In this document: piece by piece, positions 40,620 to 48,704 of the stretch
How the letters are laid out: every line of letters starts with the position of its first letter
How positions within the stretch are numbered: position 1 is the first letter of the stretch
Virus record (IMG/VR): IMGVR_UViG_3300027838_000002
Span: 1-64,000 of that record
Direction: 5' to 3' (one strand)
Source of the DNA: a virus
Taxonomy: Duplodnaviria > Caudoviricetes
Length of the DNA stretch: 64,000 nucleotides
Position numbers and translations under genes: made by a program
Notes under the pieces: generated by a model
Database searches by the model: none
Told to the model about the DNA's origin: nothing
Seen by the model: only the letters and a program-made list of their open reading frames with translations

Positions 40620-40779
40620 TATGCTTCAACACGACAGCCCACCGCGTACTGACCCTGGGCCACTCCTCATCATCGTACTGATAGCGTATCGAGGAAAGTA
40701 CTTCTTCGATCGCTTTAGCCTCGCTTTGTCCGCTGGAACGCATGCGCTCCAAAACAACCTCAATCAACTCATCCATCAC
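40564..40779 (-). CDS. hypothetical protein
   Basis: GGAGGAG SD. Confidence 0.6.
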   Translation of the reverse strand: MMDELIEVVLERMRSSGQSEAKAIEEVLSSIRYQYDDEEWPRVSTRWAVVLKHIARRCRNGHKTKEEAGDV

Positions 40780-40787
40780 TCTCCTCC

Positions 40788-40824
40788 AAAAAGAAGAGAC
40801 GGCCGGGTGTTACCCCGGCCGTCT
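40788..40824 (-). terminator. intrinsic terminator (copy 1)
   Basis: AGACGGCCGGGGTAACACCCGGCCGTCT-CTTCTTTTT. Confidence 0.8.
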
Positions 40825-40826
40825 TT

Positions 40827-40863
40827 CACGCTTCAATCGTGGTACTCGCAGACCATGTGGTTA
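40827..40863 (-). ncRNA. single TIGR-like unit
   Basis: TAACCA-CATGGTCT-GCGAGTACCA-CGATTGAA-GCGTG. Confidence 0.75.
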
Positions 40864-41160
40864 CTCTTCAATCTCCTCCTTGACCGACAAGTGAATCGTC
40901 GATCCGCCGGTCGCGTCAATGTGAAAGCCAGTCTCCTTCAGATTGGCTGAGAGTTGACACCCGACGTGGTACGCGACATCGGCTTTCAGGTTGATGCCGT
41001 CGCGGGGGTCTCCCTTGCCGCTTGCTGCGGCGAAGATAGCGCCACAGGCTTCCTCGTCGCTCACGTCCTCGGGTACGTTGAACTCCAGCACCAGCCCGAA
41101 GTCGATCTTCAGTTTCCTAGTCTTCGTTGGAAATACGATGCGGCCATGCTGCTCACTCAT
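40861..41160 (-). CDS. hypothetical protein
   Basis: MSEQHG start with GAGGAG SD. Confidence 0.6.
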   Translation of the reverse strand: MSEQHGRIVFPTKTRKLKIDFGLVLEFNVPEDVSDEEACGAIFAAASGKGDPRDGINLKADVAYHVGCQLSANLKETGFHIDATGGSTIHLSVKEEIEE

Positions 41161-41371
41161 CTTCAATCTCCTCTTCGTCGCCAAACATCTTGTCAAAACA
41201 AGACCCGCACGTCCCACTGATGAGAACTTCGCGATCATCCGCCGACAGGTACGGCATGGCATCATGAATCAGTGCGCCATTATGCCAGTTCGCAAGATCC
41301 TCAGCCACCACCGTGATACGCTGTGTTTCTTTGCACTGGACGCAATCAATCTCCATGAGCGTCTTCGGCAT
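41153..41371 (-). CDS. small zinc-binding protein
   Basis: CVQC...IHDAMPYLSADDREVLISGTCGSCFD. Confidence 0.7.
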   Translation of the reverse strand: MPKTLMEIDCVQCKETQRITVVAEDLANWHNGALIHDAMPYLSADDREVLISGTCGSCFDKMFGDEEEIEDE

Positions 41372-41384
41372 GTTGCTCTCCTCC

Positions 41385-41421
41385 AAAAAGAAAAGACGGC
41401 CGGGTGTTACCCCGGCCGTCT
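41385..41421 (-). terminator. intrinsic terminator (copy 2)
   Basis: same hairpin as 40788 followed by T-tract. Confidence 0.8.
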
Positions 41422-41458
41422 CACGCTCGCGGCATGGTACTCACGTATACCGTGGTTA
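41422..41458 (-). ncRNA. single TIGR-like unit fused to the tasA stop codon
   Basis: TAACCA-CGGTATAC-GTGAGTACCA-TGCCGCGA-GCGTG. Confidence 0.8.
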
Positions 41459-42742
41459 CTCTTCAGAAGCTTCGTCCTCGGAGTCTTCGTCATCCACTTC
41501 CGGTGCCGGTGCCGGTGCCGGACGCGGAGCGTACAAGTCGCTAAGCGGCTTGCCACCCAGGTCGTCCGCAAGCGGGAAGTGCGGAATAGGGATGGTATGC
41601 GTGTGCGTACCATCGCCGTGCTCGATAATAAACGGCTTCGGAGGATCTTCCCCGTTGAGATCCACGTACATCACGTGATGTAGATGCGACATGAAGATCT
41701 TCACCGCATAACGGCGAGCACGCGCATGAATATGCGCCGGGGCAAGCATTACAACGCCGCTACCAGGTGCGCCCTCGTTCGTGTTGAGGTACGGCAACCG
41801 CTTGGCCTGGTCCAGTGCCAGCACCTTAAGCATGGTGTCTGCGGTGTAACAGCCTTTCATCCACTTGGTAGCATAGGCGTCATCACTACGCTTCTGCTTC
41901 GTCAGGATGCTTACTGCCTGGTCCGAAAACGCACCAGCCATATTACGCTCGACCTCCAGGGCCTTCCGAGCCTGGAACAAATGGCCGTAATCGCAGTCTT
42001 CGTGATTTTGAAACTTCACGAAGCACTCGCCCATCTTGAACGCACAAAGCGACTTAAGCTCAGCGTTCCACGGACGCGCAGCCAGGTACTTCTCCATAGC
42101 AGCATACTTCTTGTACTTGGCAAAGCCATCAGACCAAACCTGCTGCAGCCGGACAGGATTAACGTTACACAGCGACGACAACTCCGTAGCCAGCGGTAGC
42201 GAAAGGGTGCGCGCGGTCTTTTGCAGGTCGACCTGTTGCAACATGCTCTTCGCTTCCTCTTTGCCGTGCCAAGTGCGGGACGGATCCAAGCCAGCGAAGC
42301 GCCACCACTTGCCCACGGTGGGAGTATTCCTGATATCCAGGTGCGCCAACAACCCAGCAGTAATCACCGGACCGATACCGTGATTTGACAAACACCATCG
42401 TCCAGCTGCGTACGAGGCAGCAAACTCACCCAGCGCACGCTTGATGTCCTCTTCTGCACGCTTAATATTCGCCAGTCCCCAACAGATGACCTCGTTAGGC
42501 TCAGCGTGCTTCTCAGTCTGCCGCTGCTGGCCCCGAAAACGGATACGCACGTTCTGCATCTGGTAGTACATGTCTACCAGGAACCGCGCCTCCTCGGATC
42601 CAAGTTCCGTAGCGGCTTTCCGCAAATCGCTGTCAAGCCTTTCAAGCAGCTCCCACTGAGACGCATCCACGGTTTGGGCTTCAGTATTCTCGCTAGCATT
42701 ATCATCGTGTTCTGGCACATCAGGAAAATAAATTGAGCTCAT
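41456..42742 (-). CDS. TasA-like Nop-domain RNA-guided DNA-binding protein (IS110-related, no RuvC/HNH)
   Basis: LVDMYYQMQNVRI coiled coil; HGIGPVITAGLLAHLD; KWWRFAGLDP; RPWNAELKSLC; HIHARARRYAVKIFMSHL; guide unit at its stop. Confidence 0.85.
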   Translation of the reverse strand: MSSIYFPDVPEHDDNASENTEAQTVDASQWELLERLDSDLRKAATELGSEEARFLVDMYYQMQNVRIRFRGQQRQTEKHAEPNEVICWGLANIKRAEEDIKRALGEFAASYAAGRWCLSNHGIGPVITAGLLAHLDIRNTPTVGKWWRFAGLDPSRTWHGKEEAKSMLQQVDLQKTARTLSLPLATELSSLCNVNPVRLQQVWSDGFAKYKKYAAMEKYLAARPWNAELKSLCAFKMGECFVKFQNHEDCDYGHLFQARKALEVERNMAGAFSDQAVSILTKQKRSDDAYATKWMKGCYTADTMLKVLALDQAKRLPYLNTNEGAPGSGVVMLAPAHIHARARRYAVKIFMSHLHHVMYVDLNGEDPPKPFIIEHGDGTHTHTIPIPHFPLADDLGGKPLSDLYAPRPAPAPAPEVDDEDSEDEASEE

Positions 42743-43023
42743 TTTGTGTTCTCTGTTTCGTCATGTTCTTGTTTTGGTAGGTACTCATTATCGAGGCAAC
42801 GCTTAAGCGCTACCTCTAATCGTCGGTTCTTACGCAACAACCACTTAACATCGAGAAACATAGTGCGCGAATCCAACTCAAAAACGGTTGGCGCTGCATA
42901 CCTCTCGCGTAATTTACTGACGAGAACATCATCAGAAATGTCGTCGTCTGGATAGCTAGGATCAATCACAGCTCTGTCTCCAACATTGCCATGCGCACAA
43001 TCGGCACACCGTAATCCAGCCAA
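42739..43023 (-). CDS. hypothetical protein
   Basis: ATGA-coupled to tasA; start uncertain. Confidence 0.45.
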   Translation of the reverse strand: MAGLRCADCAHGNVGDRAVIDPSYPDDDISDDVLVSKLRERYAAPTVFELDSRTMFLDVKWLLRKNRRLEVALKRCLDNEYLPKQEHDETENTK

Positions 43024-43466
43024 AACGCATCGTCCGAGTTACCCCGGTGACCGCTACGGTTGTCCAGGTACACCAATCGCTTGATACCGCTTTGCATAAT
43101 CAGTAGCGCGCAATCCTTGCACGGAATACCACTGATGTACATCGTGCCGCCCCGCCGGGCGTCCACCGACGAAAACATCAATGCATTCTGCTCACTGTGA
43201 ATACAACAGTTCGGCTTATCGGTCGAATTGGGTGATAACCCCTCGCGGTAGCACACACCATCATTGCACGCGCCGCGGGGTTTCCCGTTGAAAGCCGTAG
43301 TAACAACCAGCCCTTCCTCCGATACGATTACCGTCCCATACTGTGCGCGCACACACTTGGACATCTCCGCTACTTCAAGAGCCAGGCGCATATAGCCCCT
43401 GTCCTTCTCGGTAGCAATGGGTGCGCGCATCCTATCCCATGCCGGTACGGTCATACCTTCGCTCAT
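42966..43466 (-). CDS. dCMP deaminase
   Basis: SKCVRAQYG, FNGKPRG, IHSEQNAL, PCKDC, SGIKRLVY. Confidence 0.9.
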   Translation of the reverse strand: MSEGMTVPAWDRMRAPIATEKDRGYMRLALEVAEMSKCVRAQYGTVIVSEEGLVVTTAFNGKPRGACNDGVCYREGLSPNSTDKPNCCIHSEQNALMFSSVDARRGGTMYISGIPCKDCALLIMQSGIKRLVYLDNRSGHRGNSDDAFWLDYGVPIVRMAMLETEL

Positions 43467-43714
43467 GTCACTACTTTCTCGCCATCAATTGCGATATCAG
43501 CGGTTGTAATCAGGACCAACCTAGCGCCGCAGCTCATCAAGGGCGTGTGCGCAGAGTAAATCAACTTAGATGGTCCCAGGATCTCTGCCTCAGAACACTT
43601 GTGATTCTCTTTACCTACTTTCACCGTTATCGGTGGGTCCTCTGTACCTTCCTTGGTGTTCTTACGGATGACATGCATATTAACGTGCACCCGCTTAATA
43701 CGCTTTCTTGCCAT
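43463..43714 (-). CDS. conserved phage hypothetical protein
   Basis: VHVNMHVIRKN..PPITVK..GPSKLIYS..LMSCGAR. Confidence 0.7.
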   Translation of the reverse strand: MARKRIKRVHVNMHVIRKNTKEGTEDPPITVKVGKENHKCSEAEILGPSKLIYSAHTPLMSCGARLVLITTADIAIDGEKVVT

Positions 43715-43715
43715 A

Positions 43716-44015
43716 TTAGTTCCACTCAGGCGTCCCTTCGTCGGTCTTAAGCGCTGTGACAAGTTCTGATGGAAACGCTACAGGTTTCAAATCAGAATCC
43801 TGTACGGTCCAGCCCAGCGTCTGAAAGAGAATCTTGGTCTTTTCCCGAAACTCCGCAAAAGGCGACGGGATGCGCTCGATGAGCGTCTTATTCTCGTGAT
43901 CAATCTCGTATACACAGACTCCTTGCGGAGCTGCCCAAGTAGCACCCTGCTTGGTGGTACGAATTAACTGCTGCCCGAATTGGATATCCTCTTCATCGGG
44001 TGTCCAGTCTGGCAT
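43716..44015 (-). CDS. hypothetical protein
   Basis: operon-spaced ORF. Confidence 0.6.
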   Translation of the reverse strand: MPDWTPDEEDIQFGQQLIRTTKQGATWAAPQGVCVYEIDHENKTLIERIPSPFAEFREKTKILFQTLGWTVQDSDLKPVAFPSELVTALKTDEGTPEWN

Positions 44016-44620
44016 TCTTCTTCCTCACGATACCTGTCAATAGCTCGGTAAATGGTCGCACGGCCTACACCGTAACGACGCGCCATCTCGGCTACACAAA
44101 CACGGCCAGGGCCTGGTTCAAAACGACCCTGATTATAGAACCTCCCTACGATGCCAAGCTGACTGTCCGTCAACTTCCCCTTACCCTTAGGAAACCTCTT
44201 CCGACCCCTCGCGTACTTACGCAAATGCGTAACAGCTTCTGACTTTGTGGCGTAGGCGAGATTGGACGGGTGAAAATTGTTCGGGTTGCCGTCCAACCGT
44301 ATTACCTGAAACTTGTCTGCAGGCCGCGGCCCTAAAAAGGCCTCCGACACGATACAGTGGATGCGTCGCGAGTGGCCGCCATTGCGCGCCTCAACAGCGT
44401 GATACAACGTTACCGAGGGATCGCCGGAGCTGGGGAATGGCCAGTGCTTCAGGATACGCGGCTCACCTGCGATGGTACCGCCGCGCCATGTCACCCAGGA
44501 ACGCACCCGCCCCTCTGAAGAGACGTCATATCTCCCGCCGTAACCAGGGACCTCTCGCCATTCCTCTACCCGCAGTCCGACCTCGGAGCTGCCAACGGGT
44601 TGGTGGGTTCGGTCATCCAT
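43964..44620 (-). CDS. NUMOD4/HNH homing-endonuclease-like protein with C-terminal HTH
   Basis: EEWREVPGYGGRYDVSSEGRVRS; IHCIVSEAFLG; RLDGNPNNFHPSNL (first His replaced); MARRYGVGRATI. Confidence 0.85.
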   Translation of the reverse strand: MDDRTHQPVGSSEVGLRVEEWREVPGYGGRYDVSSEGRVRSWVTWRGGTIAGEPRILKHWPFPSSGDPSVTLYHAVEARNGGHSRRIHCIVSEAFLGPRPADKFQVIRLDGNPNNFHPSNLAYATKSEAVTHLRKYARGRKRFPKGKGKLTDSQLGIVGRFYNQGRFEPGPGRVCVAEMARRYGVGRATIYRAIDRYREEEECQTGHPMKRISNSGSS

Positions 44621-44689
44621 TCGACGATTTCCTGGTTACTTTCGCACCAGGCCTCGGCTGACGTGTCTACAGCGTCATCGCTTCTTTCG

Positions 44690-44956
44690 TCATCCATCAC
44701 CCGTATCCTTAGTCCCGGCCTTCCTACGAATCACCCAGTCGATCGTGCTGTCGTCCGTATCCTTAGTCCCGGCCTTCCTACGAATCACCTCGATCAGCAT
44801 CAGTATCAATGCTGTAATCACAGCATCCAACCCAATCGCACGCCCCTCGGTTTCGTCGAAGTTGGTGGCGGTAATCCACAACACAAACGAAATGGCGAGC
44901 AGTCCTGTCAACCAGTACAAGAACGGCCACAGCTGACTATTCCTCGGGGGAATCAT
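44690..44956 (-). CDS. small membrane protein
   Basis: two hydrophobic segments; internal duplication VIRRKAGTKDT. Confidence 0.55.
   Translation of the reverse strand: MIPPRNSQLWPFLYWLTGLLAISFVLWITATNFDETEGRAIGLDAVITALILMLIEVIRRKAGTKDTDDSTIDWVIRRKAGTKDTGDG
44701..44789. repeat. 35-bp direct repeat x2
   Basis: CCGTATCCTTAGTCCCGGCCTTCCTACGAATCACC at 44701 and 44755. Confidence 0.85.
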
Positions 44957-44999
44957 TTTCCATTCTCCATTATCGCGTGGCTGTAATTCGCATGATAAC

Positions 45000-45370
45000 A
45001 CACTCCCGCCTTTTGGTACTCTCCGTTCGCTTGGTTGCACGCTCCTGTGTTGGTACTCTCCGCCGCCCTGGTTACACGCTCGACAAGTGGAACTCGCTCA
45101 AGCCATGGTTGCACGCAATGAGGTTGGTACTCGCGGTGATGATGGTTGCACGCATACCTTCTGGTACTCGCAGTCATGCTGGTTGCACGCCAAAACTTTG
45201 GTACTCGCAGCTGGATTGGTTGCACGCGTGGTCTTTGGTACTCGCGAACGACTTGGTTGCACTCCCGTGCTATGGTACGCGCTCTTGAGTTGGTTGCACG
45301 CGGTTCAAATGGTACGCACGCCATCGCTGGTTGCACGCTCATAGTGTGGTACTCGCAGCCGTCACGGTTA
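45000..45370 (-). ncRNA. TIGR-like dual-repeat guide array 2 (10 x 37-nt units)
   Basis: same two repeats and 8-nt variable segments; starts at TAA of upstream gene. Confidence 0.9.
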
Positions 45371-45862
45371 GAAAACCCTGAAACCTCCGCAGTGCCGTAG
45401 AAACTCGATCCACTCCTTCAGGGATTCGTCATCAACGGAGTGCGGTGATCGCACCCCGTCAACGCCCTGCGCCCCGAAACGCGCCTGCGCCGACGCGACC
45501 AGCGCTGCCTCGGCCAGGAAACCGGTCTCATCCGACGACTTGGGGCGGAGGTCAACAAATTTCCCCTCTCCATCAACGCGCATCCCGTGATCGACTTCGT
45601 GCCCATCGATGTTGTGCTCCATCCACTGGGAGAACCGCATGGCTATCTCGTCGCAGGTTTGCTGATCTTCGGGGCCAGCTCCGTCGTTGAAGCTCATCTG
45701 TAGCAGCATCTCTTCGTCGAGAAAGTCGCTGCACAGCTGCCGCATCAGGTCGTGAATAGGTCGCCAGGACCAGACGTTGGCCCTGAAATAACACCCAGGT
45801 TGATCTTGACCAGCAGCCGCCCACTCGTTGGCGAACCGTCTCCCGTACACATCCATGCCCAT
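45368..45862 (-). CDS. conserved phage hypothetical protein
   Basis: MGMDVYG..YFRANVWSWRPI..EFLRHCGGFRVF; GGAGG SD. Confidence 0.75.
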   Translation of the reverse strand: MGMDVYGRRFANEWAAAGQDQPGCYFRANVWSWRPIHDLMRQLCSDFLDEEMLLQMSFNDGAGPEDQQTCDEIAMRFSQWMEHNIDGHEVDHGMRVDGEGKFVDLRPKSSDETGFLAEAALVASAQARFGAQGVDGVRSPHSVDDESLKEWIEFLRHCGGFRVF

Positions 45863-46080
45863 TGATATGTTCCTCCGTCTCGTTTGTTGTTGAATAGCCT
45901 GCCACCCACCAACTGGTGGGTTGAGCGCATAAAAATTCCACCCTAACGGAAACTCGCGTGCCAAAAAACGGGTGGTCATTTGCATGGACTGCCTGGACGC
46001 GCTCTCCAAGTGGTTCTGATCTCTGGACTTAAGACATGGCCATGCCTGGACATACCCTGGACGTCCCATGCACCTCCGGT

Positions 46081-46215
46081 ATAGGGGTTTCTTTGAGCTA
46101 TAGTGACTGGGAGAGACGAGCCAGAGACGAGCCAGAGACGAGCTCGGGGGAGGTGCGCGGGAGGTGCACGGGAGTTAACGACCATAGGGGTTTCTTTGAT
46201 CTATAGTGACTGGGA
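46081..46215. repeat. 32-bp direct repeat enclosing 11-bp tandem repeats
   Basis: ATAGGGGTTTCTTTGA(G/T)CTATAGTGACTGGGA at 46081 and 46184; AGAGACGAGC(C) x3; GGGAGGTGC x2. Confidence 0.8.
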
Positions 46216-46547
46216 CGGACGCTGTCCGGCCCATCCTGTCCGACTGTCCGACAACCCGACACATGCGGTGACACAGTTGTCACTCAACTTGAAAAATGTG
46301 CGCGGCATACAAACAGATCGGCCAGATTGACATTGACGGCAGCACAAATCTAGGAGTCGTAGCACATGACGTGGAATTTTGCTATAAGGTAAGCCTTACC
46401 TTATTAACCGTAGGTTGGTGACCGTCCCGGCCTAAAAGGGCCGGTCCGGTAGGAAAATATAATAGGTATCCTACTTGAGGACAACGACTTATGGAAAGAG
46501 CAAGCAGACAACGAAAGTAATTCACGTGTATTCTTCCTCAAAAGTCA

Positions 46548-46937
46548 TTACCGAGTCTGTTTTTCCTCTTCCGACCCGCTACTGGCGCCAATAGGCTCCA
46601 TGAACTCCTCTTCTCGTGCGTAACCTCTCAACATCCACTCCGTTGGACGAATCTCTCCGAGCCAGTCCTGCACCGATGGGATCCGTCCCAGGTCTTCCAT
46701 GACATGCTGTTCGCCAACAGAACGCACAGGAACCTTCCTGAGGTCCGAATTGACGATCGTGGTACCAAAGCGCTGCTCGCACTCGAAGATGCCCTGAGAG
46801 TGGTGCCTGAGGGCCCTGTGGCGTAGATCTGCCATGTGGGCCTTCGACTCGTCGAACCAGGTATGGATCTCGACGTAATCGTCAGCTACGCCGCCAAATT
46901 TACGTGCGGAAGACACCGCGTGATAATACGGCTTCAC
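46548..46937 (-). CDS. DUF6915-like protein
   Basis: PYYHAVSSARKFGG..IHTWFDESK..HRALRHH..EQHVMED. Confidence 0.75.
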   Translation of the reverse strand: MKPYYHAVSSARKFGGVADDYVEIHTWFDESKAHMADLRHRALRHHSQGIFECEQRFGTTIVNSDLRKVPVRSVGEQHVMEDLGRIPSVQDWLGEIRPTEWMLRGYAREEEFMEPIGASSGSEEEKQTR

Positions 46938-47392
46938 AGGGTTGACTCATGCTCAGACCATTCGGTGTGCTGGTAGTGCGCGCCATGAGAATGCGTAACC
47001 GTGCCATCGTGCAGGTCCACGAACATTTCACCCGTCGACCCCTCGTTAATCTCCCAGCCAGGGTGTCGATTAGCCAATAGTCGGTAGGCGTAATCTTCGA
47101 TCACCTCCTCAACTGTTGGTTTTTCGTTCTGCCACTGATGCGGGCTCTCTGCTGCACTCACACCGGATAACTGGTGCGCAAGGAGCATCGCGTTCTCCGG
47201 GTGCTCTTGACCTGGCGCATCGATTTTTCTCGGTTGCTCGATGAACCTGATAAAGCCGAATGAACCGGAGTCGCCGTATCCGTTGTAATCCATGGCGATG
47301 CGAGTGACGCCTTTTGTCTTCAGAAAGTCTACTGCCGTTTTAAGGGCCACGGCAAACGGGTCACTAGCTTCCTGTTGTTGGTCTTCTGGCAT
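46934..47392 (-). CDS. DUF6878-like protein
   Basis: YNGYGDSG..GWEINEGSTG; usual neighbour of DUF6915. Confidence 0.7.
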   Translation of the reverse strand: MPEDQQQEASDPFAVALKTAVDFLKTKGVTRIAMDYNGYGDSGSFGFIRFIEQPRKIDAPGQEHPENAMLLAHQLSGVSAAESPHQWQNEKPTVEEVIEDYAYRLLANRHPGWEINEGSTGEMFVDLHDGTVTHSHGAHYQHTEWSEHESTL

Positions 47393-47395
47393 CTG

Positions 47396-48388
47396 TTACT
47401 CCTCAAATACGATTGCACGCGTGTGCTCTTTGGTTAGTGCTCCCGAGGTATTGGGTACTTGTCGGTCGATTTTGCGCGTGGGGAGCTGGCGGAGGGTGGC
47501 AGAGCTGGCAGCGAATTCCTCGTCGTTAACGGTGCTCTGAAGCGCACGAATCAGCTGCTCGGCGATCTGCGGATCGTCCGTAGCAATACGCACCAGCTTT
47601 CGTATGTAGTCTGCGCTGGTCCGCGCGTGCTTATTGGCTGTAATCTGCTCCCCGCGCGTTACCAGTGTTTCACCACTTACCAGGTCGTAGGGCTTCCGTC
47701 GTTTATCTGTAGGCAGCACCACGCTGACATTAGGCTGGTGAAAACCTTGACGATCACACTGAAATACGAAACGACGATCCCGATTAGGAGATCCCCAGGC
47801 GTTTTGAAAACTGAAAAAAGCTTGCCCGCGTTCGCGCCATACCTGCACCGGGGAAAAGCAGTTAGCAACCTTTCGAAGACCGCATTCGAACTGCGACCCG
47901 CTGCTACGTGAGATTACGCACGACCCGTCCGGCCGCCATACCACCACGTCACGCATTCGCCGCACCGATCCGAATGTATATGAAAATGCGATACGGCCGT
48001 TGGGAATAAGCCCCTCACGCACATACGCATTATCCACGGTAGTCGCATGCAGCTCAGCAGGTAATTGACTCACGTAAATACCTGGCCAGCTCCTGCGAGC
48101 TACGAGGACGGTGGCACGATTCTGCATATCACGCCGGTCCGGAAAATGCACCCCCATCGCGTTACTCTGCCGGACACCTGCGAATCGCCAGACCCGCATC
48201 TTTCTGTACAAGCTCGCATCGTCCATCTTGTACCTGCGAATCGCCGGTCGATGCAGCACCATCGGATCGCGGTTGCCGTCGAAGAGGGGCGTCGTGTGTA
48301 ACGCCCCGCGACGGGAAGCTGACACATCCTGGTAGATAGCGAGAGCTTGTTCGTATGAGCGTACGGGGAACCTCAGCTTACGTGTCAT
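47396..48388 (-). CDS. hypothetical protein (paralog of 48705)
   Basis: VVWRPDGSCVIS, PTDKRRKP. Confidence 0.7.
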   Translation of the reverse strand: MTRKLRFPVRSYEQALAIYQDVSASRRGALHTTPLFDGNRDPMVLHRPAIRRYKMDDASLYRKMRVWRFAGVRQSNAMGVHFPDRRDMQNRATVLVARRSWPGIYVSQLPAELHATTVDNAYVREGLIPNGRIAFSYTFGSVRRMRDVVVWRPDGSCVISRSSGSQFECGLRKVANCFSPVQVWRERGQAFFSFQNAWGSPNRDRRFVFQCDRQGFHQPNVSVVLPTDKRRKPYDLVSGETLVTRGEQITANKHARTSADYIRKLVRIATDDPQIAEQLIRALQSTVNDEEFAASSATLRQLPTRKIDRQVPNTSGALTKEHTRAIVFEE

Positions 48389-48692
48389 TTAATAGCCCCG
48401 GAAGATTTTTCATGGCGAAGCCCAGACCACTGCCGTATTCAGGCTCAATTCCACGAGCAGGTAACTGATCCCAGTCAATCACGACGTCGATTTTAACCGT
48501 ACCAAGAGGAGCTATCTGAACGAAATCCAACGCAGCTTTGAGCTCCTCCTTAAACATCGGGCGCCCAAAATCACGTTGATAAATTCCGTTGAGGATGTCC
48601 ACCACACTGTCGTCAATCTTGGTGAGGCCCTCTAACAGATCTGCAACCTCATCCCCCATATACATTTCCTGGGTGATTTGCCACCAACCCAT
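48378..48692 (-). CDS. hypothetical protein
   Basis: AGGAG SD; MGWW..MGDEVAD. Confidence 0.65.
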   Translation of the reverse strand: MGWWQITQEMYMGDEVADLLEGLTKIDDSVVDILNGIYQRDFGRPMFKEELKAALDFVQIAPLGTVKIDVVIDWDQLPARGIEPEYGSGLGFAMKNLPGLLNDT

Positions 48693-48704
48693 GTGTTTGG
48701 CTCC

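Noticed and set aside
41456-42742. Active IS110 insertion sequence
   Set aside because: No DEDD RuvC domain or catalytic serine loop, no long non-coding ends, and translationally coupled in an operon.
45000-45370. CRISPR array interpretation of the 37-nt periodic repeats
   Set aside because: Two alternating 10-11-nt repeats with 8-nt spacers are far below CRISPR repeat/spacer sizes; no cas1/cas2 in the window.
45863-46069. N-terminal extension of the 45368 ORF
   Set aside because: A strong SD and family-typical start at 45862; the upstream part is repeat-rich non-coding sequence.
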